From the NCBI GenBank assembly GCA_963840455.1, contig CAWIYV010000007.1, forward strand, positions 192,001-256,000: a stretch of 64,000 nucleotides of DNA, read 5' to 3'. The position numbers were made by a program, and so were the translations under genes. Within the stretch, counting starts at the first letter, position 1. Every line of letters begins with the position of its first letter. Source of the stretch: Nitrospirota bacterium (GTDB taxonomy: Bacteria; Nitrospirota; UBA9217). Positions 19,201-30,100 of this stretch are shown here, piece by piece. The notes under the pieces were generated by a model. It did not search any database and had not been told where the DNA came from. It saw only the letters and a list, made by a program, of their open reading frames with translations.

Positions 19201-21102
19201 TCAACCCCTGAGCACACGTTTATCACCCACCCGCTGGGTCAGCTTCTGCGAATCGAGATATTCAAGGATCGGCACGGCGAACTTGCGGGAGGTCTTGGCG
19301 ATGTCGCGGAACTCGGCAACAACGATCTCCTTCTTCTCCTGCAGAAACTTCACCAGGTCGGTCTTGATCGATTCCAGGACCGCTTTGTCCAGGTAGAGCG
19401 AGTCGTTGATGCGCACCACGCGGCCTTCATCAGCCAGCAGCTTCAGAAGGTCTTTCGCATCCCTGTCCGTGATGCCAAAGAGCGCGGGAAGCTCATCCCG
19501 CACCGGCGGCTGGCTGCCGCCTTTCTTGATCGCCTCGACGATCTTGTCCTTGTACAGCCCCTGGTCCTTGCCCACGGCCGGCTTGAAGCCCGGCAGCCTG
19601 AGCTTCGACCCCTCGGTTTCGACCTGCTTCTTTCTGATGAGGCCGTCGATCGCCATGCCCAAGGCCTTGGGATGGAGCCGAACCTTCAGCATGCCCTTGA
19701 CCTCTTCCTTGTCGATACCGGGTTTGAGCGAGTTCGCTTTGTGGAATTCGGCGATAAGGTCCAGGACCTTTTTTTCGAGCGCTGCGAGATGGTTCGTATG
19801 GACATAGAGGTTATCCACGCGGACGATAGCCTTCTTCTGAGCGAGAGCGGCAAGGGCGGCAAGGATCTCCGCTTTGTCCGCGGCGACAGAACCGATGACC
19901 TCGGCCTCTTCCATGCCGGCAAGCGCCCTGCCGGCAACAATGACCCCAAGCCGTTCATCCAGGCTCCCCTTATTGAGGATACCGAGGTCCTTGGCCGATT
20001 CCTGCATGGTGCTGTTCCGGTGGCGCCGCGGGTGGGGGTTCAATACCATGCCGCCGCCCAGGGTCTCCATGGGCGAATAGAACCGGATGATGAACCGGTC
20101 GCCATGCTGGATCAGGACCGGCTGTTCCAGCCGGAACTGCACATAGCCCTCATCACCGGGGTTCAGCTCATTGCTGCCAACGAGGGTAACTCTGCCGATG
20201 GCTTCCTGCGTGTTGTTGTAGAACCTGATGCGTGTGCCGGTCTTGATGCCGCGGGTCGCCTGCTTGAGCATGAAGAGGGAGCAATCGAGGTTCCTTGTCG
20301 TCTTGAAGAAACCTTTGGTGACGATGGTGTCGCCCCGTGAGATCTGGTCTTTTTCAACACCCTGGAGGTTCACTGCGGTGCGCTGTCCGGCGATCGCCCG
20401 CTGGGCTGCCTGGTTGTGCGACTGGATGCCGCGTACCTTCGTGGTGATGCCTTTGGGGAGGATGTCCACTTCCTGGTCCTGGCTGATCGTGCCGGAGAGC
20501 AGGGTGCCGGTAATGACCGTGCCGAAGCCCTTCATGGTGAAGACGCGGTCGATCGGCAGCCGCAGGATGCCATTGGGCGATTTCGGCGCGACCGCTTTCG
20601 CGAGCTTGTCCAGCTCCTGCTTCAGCCTGTCGAGGTTCTCGCCCGTCTTGGCCGATACCGGGACGATGGGCGCCTTCTCGAGGAACGTGCCCTTGATGAA
20701 GTCGCGGACCTCGTCCTGCACCAGGGCGAGCCAGTCCTTTTCCGCAGCGTCCATCTTGGTCAGGGCGATGAGGCCCTGTTTGACATGCAGCAGGTCGCAG
20801 ATGGCGAGGTGCTCGCGCGTCTGAGGCATGATGCCCTCGTCCGCGGCGATGACGAGCATTACCATGTCGATGCCGCCCACGCCGGCCAGCATGTTCTTGA
20901 TGAGGCCTTCATGGCCGGGCACATCCACGATGCCGAGCCGGTTGCCGCCGGGAAGGTCCAGGGAAGCGAAGCCGAGGTCAAGCGTGATGCCGCGCTCCTT
21001 CTCTTCCTTCAGGCGGTCCGGGTCCGTGCCGGTGAGGGCCTTGACGAGCGTGGATTTGCCATGGTCGATGTGGCCTGCTGTGCCGAGGATGGTATATTTC
21101 AT
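19201..21102 (-). CDS. selB: Selenocysteine-specific elongation factor
   Basis: [26 protein letters not shown]; C-terminal winged helices ending [13 protein letters not shown]. Confidence 0.97.
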   Translation of the reverse strand: MKYTILGTAGHIDHGKSTLVKALTGTDPDRLKEEKERGITLDLGFASLDLPGGNRLGIVDVPGHEGLIKNMLAGVGGIDMVMLVIAADEGIMPQTREHLAICDLLHVKQGLIALTKMDAAEKDWLALVQDEVRDFIKGTFLEKAPIVPVSAKTGENLDRLKQELDKLAKAVAPKSPNGILRLPIDRVFTMKGFGTVITGTLLSGTISQDQEVDILPKGITTKVRGIQSHNQAAQRAIAGQRTAVNLQGVEKDQISRGDTIVTKGFFKTTRNLDCSLFMLKQATRGIKTGTRIRFYNNTQEAIGRVTLVGSNELNPGDEGYVQFRLEQPVLIQHGDRFIIRFYSPMETLGGGMVLNPHPRRHRNSTMQESAKDLGILNKGSLDERLGVIVAGRALAGMEEAEVIGSVAADKAEILAALAALAQKKAIVRVDNLYVHTNHLAALEKKVLDLIAEFHKANSLKPGIDKEEVKGMLKVRLHPKALGMAIDGLIRKKQVETEGSKLRLPGFKPAVGKDQGLYKDKIVEAIKKGGSQPPVRDELPALFGITDRDAKDLLKLLADEGRVVRINDSLYLDKAVLESIKTDLVKFLQEKKEIVVAEFRDIAKTSRKFAVPILEYLDSQKLTQRVGDKRVLRG

Positions 21103-21105
21103 GAG

Positions 21106-21247
21106 GACAGAAGTCAGGAGTCAGAATTCAGAATGAATGAAAAGTTACGATACAACAAGAGCGGAAGAGCGCAAGTGCTGAGTCAGCCGACGTTGCAAAG
21201 GAATGATCCGTTCCTCTTCTGACTACTGTCTCCTGTCTCCTGTTTCC
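21106..21247. repeat. Inverted heptamer-repeat element between selA and selB
   Basis: Left arm ACAGAAGTCAGGAGTCAGAATTCAGAA; right arm TTCTGACTACTGTCTCCTGTCTCCTG overlapping the selA stop. Confidence 0.55.
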
Positions 21248-22644
21248 AGCAGTAGAATCTTCACCGCTTCCACGATCTTCCCGATCTCCCTGTCGTTCAG
21301 CGTCCGGGGATCGAAGAGGACCATGCCTTCCTTGATGCGCGTGATGATCGCGTGCTTCCCGAGCCTGAGCCCGGACTCAAGCTTGTTCGCGCTCATGGTC
21401 GTGTGGCCGATCGCGACGACCTTCGTCGGCAGCTTGCCTGTTGGAAGCGCGCCGCCGCCTGTCTGGGACAGGTCGTCCTGAATGGCGACCGTAAGCCCGC
21501 CGTGGCCCAGTGACCTGATGCTCGTAGCGAGCAGGTCCGCCTTCCGCTCGATCTCCGTGAGTGGCTGGGTCAGCATCCAGAGCGTAGGGATCTCGCGTAT
21601 GGCCTTCTCTTCATCAAGGTACTGGGTCAGGGTCGCTTCGAGCGCAGCCAGGGTCATCTTGTCGATGCGCAGCGCGCGGGCAAGGGGGTTCGACCGGATG
21701 GGATCAAGGTACTGCTTCTTCCCCAGGACCATGCCTGCCTGGGGTCCGCCCAGGAGCTTGTCGCCGCTGAAGGTGAGGATGTCCACGCCGGCGTCCATGG
21801 CCTGCTTCACCGTCGGCTCGTCGCCCACGCCGTAGGAGGCCAGGTCGAGGAAGCTGCCGCTCCCGAGGTCCCACATCACCGGGACCTTGTGCTTCTTCCC
21901 CAGTTCGGCCAGCTCGGCAGGGGAGACCTCTTTGGTGAAGCCCACGATCTTGTAGTTGCTTGTGTGGACCTTGAGCAGCAGGCCCGTGTTCTCGTTGATG
22001 GCCTTCTGGTAATCCTTCAGGTGGGTCTTGTTCGTTGCGCCGACCTCGCGCAGGATGGCTCCGCTTCGCTCCATGACCTCAGGAACGCGGAACGAACCGC
22101 CGATCTCCACAAGTTCGCCGCGCGAGACCACGACCTCCCTGCCCCGTGCCAGGGTGTTCAGGCAGAGCAGGACCGCAGCCGCGTTATTGTTCACCGCTGT
22201 TGCCGCCTCGGCGCCGGTGAGCCGGGTCAGAATGCCCTCGATGTGAGTATACCGCTTGCCGCGCTCGCCTGCAGCGATGTCGTACTCGAGGTTGGAATAA
22301 CTGCGGTTCACCTCGATGATGCGCTCGATAGCGGCCTCGGAGAGAAGCGAGCGGCCGAGGTTGGTGTGCACCACCACGCCCGTGGCGTTGATGAGGGGAC
22401 GGAGGCTCGGCGAGGACAGTTCGGTGAGGATGCCTTCCGCGCTGTTCAAGACGGCCGGCACGGATAGGTCGATCTCCTGCGCGCCTTTTCCCGAATGCTC
22501 GAGCACCGCCTTGCGTTTTTTGTCCACTGCTGTCCTGAGCGCGTCGAGCACCAGGACGCGGGGATGCGTCCCGAGCCACGCCTTGACTCGGTCCTCTTTC
22601 AACAGTTCATCGACGGACGGCAGCTGCCGCAGGAGCTCTTTCAT
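21223..22644 (-). CDS. selA: L-seryl-tRNA(Sec) selenium transferase
   Basis: INATGVVVHTNLGR, VNNNAAA, SRGELVEIGGSFR, FSGDKLLGGPQAG; probable start MKELLRQ. Confidence 0.97.
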   Translation of the reverse strand: MKELLRQLPSVDELLKEDRVKAWLGTHPRVLVLDALRTAVDKKRKAVLEHSGKGAQEIDLSVPAVLNSAEGILTELSSPSLRPLINATGVVVHTNLGRSLLSEAAIERIIEVNRSYSNLEYDIAAGERGKRYTHIEGILTRLTGAEAATAVNNNAAAVLLCLNTLARGREVVVSRGELVEIGGSFRVPEVMERSGAILREVGATNKTHLKDYQKAINENTGLLLKVHTSNYKIVGFTKEVSPAELAELGKKHKVPVMWDLGSGSFLDLASYGVGDEPTVKQAMDAGVDILTFSGDKLLGGPQAGMVLGKKQYLDPIRSNPLARALRIDKMTLAALEATLTQYLDEEKAIREIPTLWMLTQPLTEIERKADLLATSIRSLGHGGLTVAIQDDLSQTGGGALPTGKLPTKVVAIGHTTMSANKLESGLRLGKHAIITRIKEGMVLFDPRTLNDREIGKIVEAVKILLLETGDRRQ

Positions 22645-22808
22645 GGACAGTAACATAACATAGATGTCATTGAATATCAACAGCTTGATTGGTGCTTTTG
22701 CCGTGATCAGCGCGCTGCCGAGGACTTCTCTGTCCTTGACAGGGAAGGGAGGATGTGTCACCTTAACACCATTGTCATAAAGCGCGGACGAGAAGAAAGG
22801 AGCCTGCC

Positions 22809-23039
22809 ATGAAATGCTATGAATGCGCGAAAAAAGGGAAGAGCACGGATGCTGTCGCCCTCTGCATGGTTTGCGGCATGGGGCTGTGCATGGACCACGC
22901 CATCCGGGAGAACTTGCCGGTGATCGACATCATCGACTGGGGGTTCGGCAAGGAGGAGCACCGCTATCCTGTGGACATCCCCCGGTTCCTCTGCCGGGAG
23001 TGCAAGAACGCCGTGGACGAGAGAAGGAAACTGAAATAA
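22809..23039 (+). CDS. DUF2180-family Cys-rich small protein
   Basis: MKCYEC...AVALCMVCGMGLCMDH...LCREC; AGGAG RBS. Confidence 0.75.
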   Translation: MKCYECAKKGKSTDAVALCMVCGMGLCMDHAIRENLPVIDIIDWGFGKEEHRYPVDIPRFLCRECKNAVDERRKLK

Positions 23040-23169
23040 CAGTGATTAAAGGAGCCATATCACCACAGCGGCCAAGCGGGTATCACGTGATGCTGATCTG
23101 ACGTATTACCGAACCTTATTCGTTTTCTTAGCGTCTCCCGCTTTTTGACAAATTTTTCATCGGTACCTT

Positions 23170-24189
23170 ATGCAGAGACGAGAATTCATAAAGACGCTGG
23201 CCCTGTCCGGTGCCGCAGTAACCGGATCTTCGCTCCTGGGCGAACTGTTCGTCCCTTTTGCCGAGGCTGCGGACATCCCGAAGTTCAGCTTCGCGCACAT
23301 CACGGATCTGCACCTGGAAGTAGGAGGGACGAGCACGTGGCTGCACCGGGAGAAGAGCGTCCCGCTGTTCATCGACACCCTGCGCCAGCTCGGGAGGCTC
23401 CAGAAACTGAAGTTCGTCATCTTCGGCGGCGACCAGGTCCAGGCCGGCCCGCGCGACCGGGCCTCCTTGTTCGTGTTCCAGGAATGGACGAAGCAGCTTG
23501 ATCTGCCGTATTACATCCTTCTCGGGAACATGGAAGTGTCACCTGTCCCCGGGGCGTCGAAGCTTTCCAAGGCGGACTACCTGCTGGCCTGGCGGGGGCG
23601 GGGGGTGGGCCCGGGGAGGTCCTCGTGGTCCTTCGAGCCGGAGAAAGGCGTCAGGATCATCGGTCTCGACGTGACCGTGGACGGGAAGCCCTACGGGGAG
23701 GCGGGCCCTGCGGCGCTCGCGTGGCTCAGGAACGAGCTGGAGACAAACCGGAAGGCGCGCCTCATCACAATCGTCACCCACCAGCTCCTGAATCCTACGA
23801 CGCAAAAGGACACAATGCCGGAATGGTCCCTCTGGATGGTGCGGAACCGGACCGCGGTGCAAGAACTCCTCGAGCAGTATCCGAACGTGAGGCTCGTCAT
23901 CTCGGGCCACCACCACGTGTCCCGGGTGGAGACGGTCGGGAACATCACCTATGTCGCCGATCCGGCGATCGTCACCTATCCCTGCGCCTTCAGGGTCTTC
24001 ACGATCAGCCGTGACGGCATCCATCTCAAGAATATCGGGCTTGACGAGACGGCCATGGTCAACAAGGCGCGTGAGCTCCTCGCGGCCGACCCCTACGCCC
24101 GCCTCTACGACCCCGACAACCCCCGGAACGTGCTTGCCTACAGCCTGGGCCTCACCGAGCAGGACCGAGAGACCACGATACCCCTGTGA
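23170..24189 (+). CDS. Tat-exported calcineurin-like metallophosphoesterase
   Basis: RREFIK Tat motif; DLH, GD, GNME and GHHH motifs. Confidence 0.82.
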   Translation: MQRREFIKTLALSGAAVTGSSLLGELFVPFAEAADIPKFSFAHITDLHLEVGGTSTWLHREKSVPLFIDTLRQLGRLQKLKFVIFGGDQVQAGPRDRASLFVFQEWTKQLDLPYYILLGNMEVSPVPGASKLSKADYLLAWRGRGVGPGRSSWSFEPEKGVRIIGLDVTVDGKPYGEAGPAALAWLRNELETNRKARLITIVTHQLLNPTTQKDTMPEWSLWMVRNRTAVQELLEQYPNVRLVISGHHHVSRVETVGNITYVADPAIVTYPCAFRVFTISRDGIHLKNIGLDETAMVNKARELLAADPYARLYDPDNPRNVLAYSLGLTEQDRETTIPL

Positions 24190-24277
24190 GGAGCGGACGC
24201 GGAGACTCGGGGACAGGGAGAAAAACTCGACAAGGGGACAGGGGACAGGAAGACAAATCATTGCGGATTGCGGAAGA

Positions 24278-26431
24278 TTATTCTTCGATCAGGGAAAAAT
24301 CGATCTTCTTTCGCTCACGGTCAACGCGGTCCACACGGACACGCACGCTGTCGCCGATGCGGTAGACGCGCTTCCGGCGCTCTCCCCGCAGGCAGTGGCG
24401 GTTCTCGATGTAGTGGTAGTAGTCGCCCGTGAGGGTCGAGACATGGACGAGGCCCTCGACGAACAGGTCCCGGAGCTGCACGAAGAACCCGAACTGGGTG
24501 ACGCCGGTGATGATGCCGTCATAGGTCTCGCCCAGCTTGTCCTCCATGAAACGGACCTTCAGCATGGCGACCACGTCCCGTTCTGCCTCCATGGCAAGGC
24601 GCTCGCGCTGGGAACAGTGGACGGCTGACGCGGGCAGCCCTGCGGCCAGTTCCTCCCGCGCCTCCTCGCTGCGGTATTTTCCCCGGATCACACCCTTCAC
24701 GATGCGGTGCACGATGAGGTCCGGGTAGCGCCGGATCGGCGACGTGAAGTGGGTGTAGGTTTCGGCGGCCAGCCCGAAATGCCCGATGTTCTCCTCCGAA
24801 TACCTCGCCTGCTTCATGGTGCGGAGCACCACAGTGTTCACCAGGGCCTCCTCGGGAGAATCCCGCACCGAGGCGATGGCCTTCTGGATGTTGCGGGGCT
24901 TGAGCTTTCCCGCGGGCGGGAGGGCGATCCCGATGGTGGCCAGAAAGTCGACCAGGTCCGCCAGCTTCTCCTCTGCCGGCTCCTCGTGGACGCGGTAGAT
25001 CAGCGGCACCTCCAGCTTCTCGAGGTGGCCTGCCACGGTCTCGTTTGCCGCGAGCATGAACTCCTCGACGAGCTGGTGCGCCATGTTGCGCTCCGCGCGG
25101 ACGATGTCCGTCATCTGGCCCTGGAGGTCCATGATGATCTCGGGCTCGGGCAGGTCGAAGTCGATGCTGCCGCGCTTGGAGCGCTTCGCTCTGAGGACCT
25201 CCATGAGCTCGGCCATGAGCTCGAACTGGTGGAGGAGGGGCTCGTACCGCTTCCGCATCTGCTGGTCCCGGTCCACAAGGATCTGGCGGACGGCCGTGTA
25301 GGTCATGCGCTCGTTGCTGTTGATGATGCTCTCGTAGAGGTCGTGACGCACCATGGCGCCATTCGCATCGAAGTCCATCTCCGCCGTCAAGGTGAGCCGG
25401 TCGACCTGCGGGTTCAGGCTGCAAATGCCGTTCGAGAGCTGCTCCGGCAGCATGGGAATGGCGCGGTCGGGAAGATAGACGCTGGTGGCACGCGCGTAGG
25501 CCTCCTGGTCGAGCAGAGAGCCTTCCCGCACATACTGGGCCACATCGGCGATATGGACCCAGAGGCGCCAGCCTCCGCGGTACTGTTCGATGGAGACGGC
25601 GTCGTCGAAGTCCCTGGCCTTCTCGCCATCGATGGTGACCGTAGGGAGGTCGCGCAGGTCGCGGCGGCCCTTCCGCATGGCGGCGGAGACTTCCTGGGGG
25701 ATGGCCTTTGCCTCGGCCAGGGACGCCGGCGTAAACGCCACCGGCAGCTCGTGCTCCTCGATGATGAGGTCGGACTCGATGCCGGGATCTCCCGGCCGCC
25801 CGATGATGCGGGTGATCCTGCCCTCGGCCGGCCGGCCGCGGTCGGGGTAGGTGACGATCTCTGCGGAGACCAGGTCTCCCGGCTTGGCCCCGCCAGCGTT
25901 CCCCGTACCCACAACGAGGTTCTGCGTGATCCGCTGGTTGGTGGGCGCCACGAACCCGATCACGCCGCCTTTCGTCACGCCCGGCTCGTAGGTGCCCACG
26001 ATCCTCGTGTGGGCGCGCTCAAGGACCTGGATGATGACGCCTTCGCGCTTCCCCGACGCCTTCCTCCTGCCCGAGGGCGGCGATACCCGTACGGTCACCG
26101 TGTCGCCGTCCATGGCGTCCAGGCGCCCTGCAGCAGGAACATAGACGTCCGTTTTGCCCTTGATCCCCGGCATGACGAACCCGAATCCCGAGGGATGGGC
26201 CTGGAAGAGGCCCTGCTCGATGTCCATCTTCGCGGCCTTGCCGGCTATGCCGTAGCGGTTCCCGCGCGACTTCACGATATGGCCTTCGGCTACAAGCCCG
26301 GCGAGCATGAGCTTGAGGTCATGCCGGTCCTCGGCCTTGAGCTTGAGCTGGCGCATGATCTCGCGCACCAGGAGCGGCCTGCCGGGGCGGGTCTTGAAGA
26401 AGGTGATGAAGTCTTTTTTCGTTGGTTTCAT
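24278..26431 (-). CDS. rnr: Ribonuclease R
   Basis: TIDGEKARDFDDA, HFGLA...YTHFTSPIRRYPDLIVHR, C-terminal S1 domain. Confidence 0.95.
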   Translation of the reverse strand: MKPTKKDFITFFKTRPGRPLLVREIMRQLKLKAEDRHDLKLMLAGLVAEGHIVKSRGNRYGIAGKAAKMDIEQGLFQAHPSGFGFVMPGIKGKTDVYVPAAGRLDAMDGDTVTVRVSPPSGRRKASGKREGVIIQVLERAHTRIVGTYEPGVTKGGVIGFVAPTNQRITQNLVVGTGNAGGAKPGDLVSAEIVTYPDRGRPAEGRITRIIGRPGDPGIESDLIIEEHELPVAFTPASLAEAKAIPQEVSAAMRKGRRDLRDLPTVTIDGEKARDFDDAVSIEQYRGGWRLWVHIADVAQYVREGSLLDQEAYARATSVYLPDRAIPMLPEQLSNGICSLNPQVDRLTLTAEMDFDANGAMVRHDLYESIINSNERMTYTAVRQILVDRDQQMRKRYEPLLHQFELMAELMEVLRAKRSKRGSIDFDLPEPEIIMDLQGQMTDIVRAERNMAHQLVEEFMLAANETVAGHLEKLEVPLIYRVHEEPAEEKLADLVDFLATIGIALPPAGKLKPRNIQKAIASVRDSPEEALVNTVVLRTMKQARYSEENIGHFGLAAETYTHFTSPIRRYPDLIVHRIVKGVIRGKYRSEEAREELAAGLPASAVHCSQRERLAMEAERDVVAMLKVRFMEDKLGETYDGIITGVTQFGFFVQLRDLFVEGLVHVSTLTGDYYHYIENRHCLRGERRKRVYRIGDSVRVRVDRVDRERKKIDFSLIEE

Positions 26432-26548
26432 AGAGTAATGTATTACCGCCAGAACGCGAAGGACGCTCGGGAACCTCTTTCTCCAGATTTGATGAGGCAG
26501 TCCCCGCGCTCTTCGGACCTTCGCGGTTCAAGGATTTTTTTTCTGATC

Positions 26549-26944
26549 TCAGATCTTCAGCAGTTTTCCTTTCGCTTCCGCCACAACGATCAGGCCTTTC
26601 GAGACGATCGCTTCAGCCTCGATGAGCCTGCTGGCCTCCTTCACGATCTTTCCCGTGATAGCAAGCTCTTCTCCCGGAGCAGCCGGGGCCTTGAACTTCA
26701 CCGTGATCTCGGCACTGACCGCGTGAATGCCGAGGTGCGCCGCGAGCTTGACCATGGCCTCGTCGAGCAGGGCCGCCACGATGCCTCCGTGCACGATGCC
26801 CTGCCATCCCTCATGCTCCTGCCTCGGGGTGAACCGGCCAATGATGGTCCGGGTGTTCTTGTCGACCTCGAATACGGCCTGGAGCCCCGCGGGATTGTCC
26901 TTCCCGCAGACGTAGCAGCGCTGGTTGTCACGAAGTTCTTTCAT
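26549..26944 (-). CDS. PaaI/hotdog-fold thioesterase
   Basis: CYVCGKDNPAGL, GIVHGGIVAALLDEAM. Confidence 0.85.
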   Translation of the reverse strand: MKELRDNQRCYVCGKDNPAGLQAVFEVDKNTRTIIGRFTPRQEHEGWQGIVHGGIVAALLDEAMVKLAAHLGIHAVSAEITVKFKAPAAPGEELAITGKIVKEASRLIEAEAIVSKGLIVVAEAKGKLLKI

Positions 26945-27124
26945 GCATGAGGAGGAGCAGCCATAGTGACCCCTGGCCCGCGAGATCGGGCCCATGGTTT
27001 AATTCTCCGGCGGGAGCACGGTTCAAGGACCATACGTCACCATGAGTCCCGACCACATAGTGATCAGTGGTTATACACTCTTCCTTCCTTGTTTCCGCAA
27101 CCGCTTGTCAGTATAATATAAAAA

Positions 27125-30100
27125 ATGACCAATAACAACGAAATATCGATGGATCCCGCTGTCCTTTCCGCGGCAGGCATCCAGGACGCGGTCCAGGCGC
27201 TCAGGAACCTGGAACTGGTCCGGAAGCGGCTGGGCCCCGACGCCTTTGCAGCGCTCCTTCCTTCGCTCCTGCTTTCTCTCAAGCGGAGCGGTGACCCGGA
27301 CATGGCGCTGAACCATCTCGAGCGGTTCCTGAACGAGTTCGAGCCAGTGTCGCAGTTCGTTCAAGAGGTGAGGACGAGGCCGGCCGTGCTCACGGACCTG
27401 ATCGTGCTCTTCGGGGCAAGCAGGTTCCTCGCCTCCCATTGCATCGCAACAGCGTCATCGACCTTCCCGCTCCTGTGCCATCCCGCCTACCTCGCTCATC
27501 CTGCTGACAAAGAGCTCCTCGCTGGCCGGCTTGCCGCAATGCTGCAGGGACTCACGAGAGAGGAGGACCTTTTCCGCAGGCTGAGGCTGTTCCGGAAGCA
27601 GGAGATGCTCCGCATCGGGCTGCGGGACCTCCTGGTCATGGCGGACCTGACCGAGACCGTGGCAGAGCTGTCGAACCTGGCAGAGGTCTGCCTGCAGGCC
27701 GCGTACGAGCGGGCGAACGCCGAGCTCCGCAGCAGGTTCGGAGCCCCACTCATTCAGAGCGAGGACGGATCCACGCGGACCGCCGGATTTGCGGTCATCG
27801 GCATGGGCAAGCTGGGCGGCAAGGAGCTCAATTTCAGCTCGGACATCGACCTCATGTACGTCTATACCGCCGACGGAGAGACCGGGGGCGTTCCCGGACC
27901 GGACGGAGCCCCGGCGAACCGCATCTCGAACCACCAGTACTTCATCAAGCTGGCGGAGAAGCTGAACGCTGCCATTGGCCAGAACACTGACGATGGGTTC
28001 GTGTTCCGCGTGGACCTCCGGCTCCGGCCCGAAGGCCAGCGCGGCCCCCTGGCGCAGAGTCTCGGCGGTTACGAGATCTACTATGAGTCCTGGGGCCAGG
28101 TCTGGGAGCGCTCGGCGCTCATCAAGGCCCGCCCCGTAGCGGGAGACGAGGCGGTGGGACGGGAGTTCCTGGAGCGCATCACGCCCTTTGTGTACCGGAA
28201 ATACCTTGACTTCGGTGCTATCGTCGAGATCCGCGAGATGAAGCAGAAGATCAACCGGGACGTGGAGCAGAAGGGAAAGACGCACCGCGACGTGAAGCTG
28301 GGATACGGCGGCATCCGTGAGATAGAGTTCCTGGTCCAGGCGCTCCAGCTCATTTACGGCGGCCGGGACCGGGGACTTCGAGAACGGAACACCGTCATAG
28401 CGCTCCATACGCTCGCGCAAAAGGGTCTGCTGACATACCAGGAGATCGCGGAGCTGTCGAAGGCCTACGCTTTCCTCAGGACCGTTGAGCACCGCATCCA
28501 GATCCTGAACGACCTCCAGACCCAGACACTGCCCGCGGGGGATGCCGAGCTGCGCGCCCTTGCGCGGCGGACGGGATACCACGAGCCGGGCAGGGAAGCT
28601 GAGGCGCTGTTGAGCGACTATGCTGCACATGCGCACCGGGTGCGCAGCATCTACGACAAGCTGCTGAGCCAGTCCGACCAGGCGCGGGACGAGGAGCGGC
28701 AGCAGCCGGTATTCTCTGCGCTCCTCGGGCCGGAGATCAGCGAACAGGAGGCGGTCGACATCCTTGGCCGCTATGGGTTCCGCGACCCTTCCCGGGCGTT
28801 CCGGAACATCGTCCTGCTCCGGGAAGGGCAGGCCTTCGTGCACCAGACCCCGCGCAGCAGGCGGGTGTTCAACGAGATGTTCCCGTTGCTGTTCGAGGAG
28901 TTCGCAGCGTCGCCTGACCCCGACATGGCGTTGAACTACTTTGAGTCCTACCTCGCGTCGCAGGGCTCGTGGGACGCCTTCCAGGCGTTCATGCGGCAGG
29001 ACGTGCGGGCGCTGAAGGTCCTGGTCTCCGTCTTCGGGAACAGCGAATACTTTTCCCGCATGCTCGTCCGAAGCCCGGCCCTGCTGGAGGACCTGATGGA
29101 CGCAAGCCGCGAGATCGGGCTCGGCTCATCGGCCTTCCTGGAGCATGGACTCAACACCGCACTCGGCAAGACCGCGACCATCACCGACAAACTGGACGTC
29201 CTCCGGCGGTTCAAGCACCGCGAGGAGCTGCGCATCGGCATGGCCGATCTCATGGGCGCGATCCCGTTGCCGACCATCTGCAGAAGCCTGTCGCGGCTTG
29301 CCGATGCCTGTCTCGGTGCGGTGCTCGACCTTGCGGCACACGAGACCGCGAAGCGGTGCGGTGTTGACGGAAGCTGCGGAGGCCTTGCCGTCATCGGCGC
29401 GGGCAAGTTGGGCGGCAGAGAGCTCATCTACGGTTCCGACCTCGATATCCTGTTCGTGTACGATGAAGTGCGCGCGTCAGCACCGCCGCCGGGTATGACG
29501 GTGTTCGAATATTTCAGTAAGATGGCCGAGCGGACCATCTCCTACCTTACGACCATGACCCGCGAGGGATTCGCGTACCGCGTGGACACGAGGCTCCGCC
29601 CCTCGGGGTCCAAGGGACCGCTGGTCCAGAGCCTTTCGGCGTTCAAGGCCTATTTTTCCTCCCAAGCAGAGACCTGGGAGCGGCAGTCACTGGTGAACTC
29701 ACGGTGCGTCGCAGGCGACCGGAGCGTGGGAAGGGACCTCCTGGACACGCTGCAGGGCCTGATCTACCGGGACGACGACCCCGCCGGACTGGCCGCCGAG
29801 GTCAGGGCAATGCGGAAACGAATGCAGGAGGAGCGGGGCAGGGAGGATGCAGCGCAATACAACATCAAGCAGGGGACCGGCGGGCTGGTGGACATCGAGT
29901 TCCTGGCACAATACCTCCAGCTCAGACACGGGAAGAAGCATGCCTGGGTCAGGCTGCCCGGGACGATCAACGCGCTGCGGGCGCTCCGGAAAGAAGGTCT
30001 CCTGTCTCGGGAGGACCACCGCCTTCTGTGCGATGCCTATCTTTTTTTGCGCCGCCTCGAGAGCCGTCTCCGTATCGTAGCGAACCAGTCCACGAGCTTT

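Noticed and set aside
19201-22800. tRNA-Sec (selC), selD or a UGA-recoded selenoprotein near selAB
   Set aside because: No cloverleaf with a TCA anticodon was recognised in the flanks, and no gene in the window appeared split by an in-frame TGA; the manual check was not exhaustive.
24707-26950. 747-aa plus-strand ORF and other long antisense ORFs (e.g. 4975-6354, 27455-28843, 31685-33106, 62743-63906)
   Set aside because: Shadow frames opposite well-supported genes, typical of GC-rich DNA, with no recognisable motifs.
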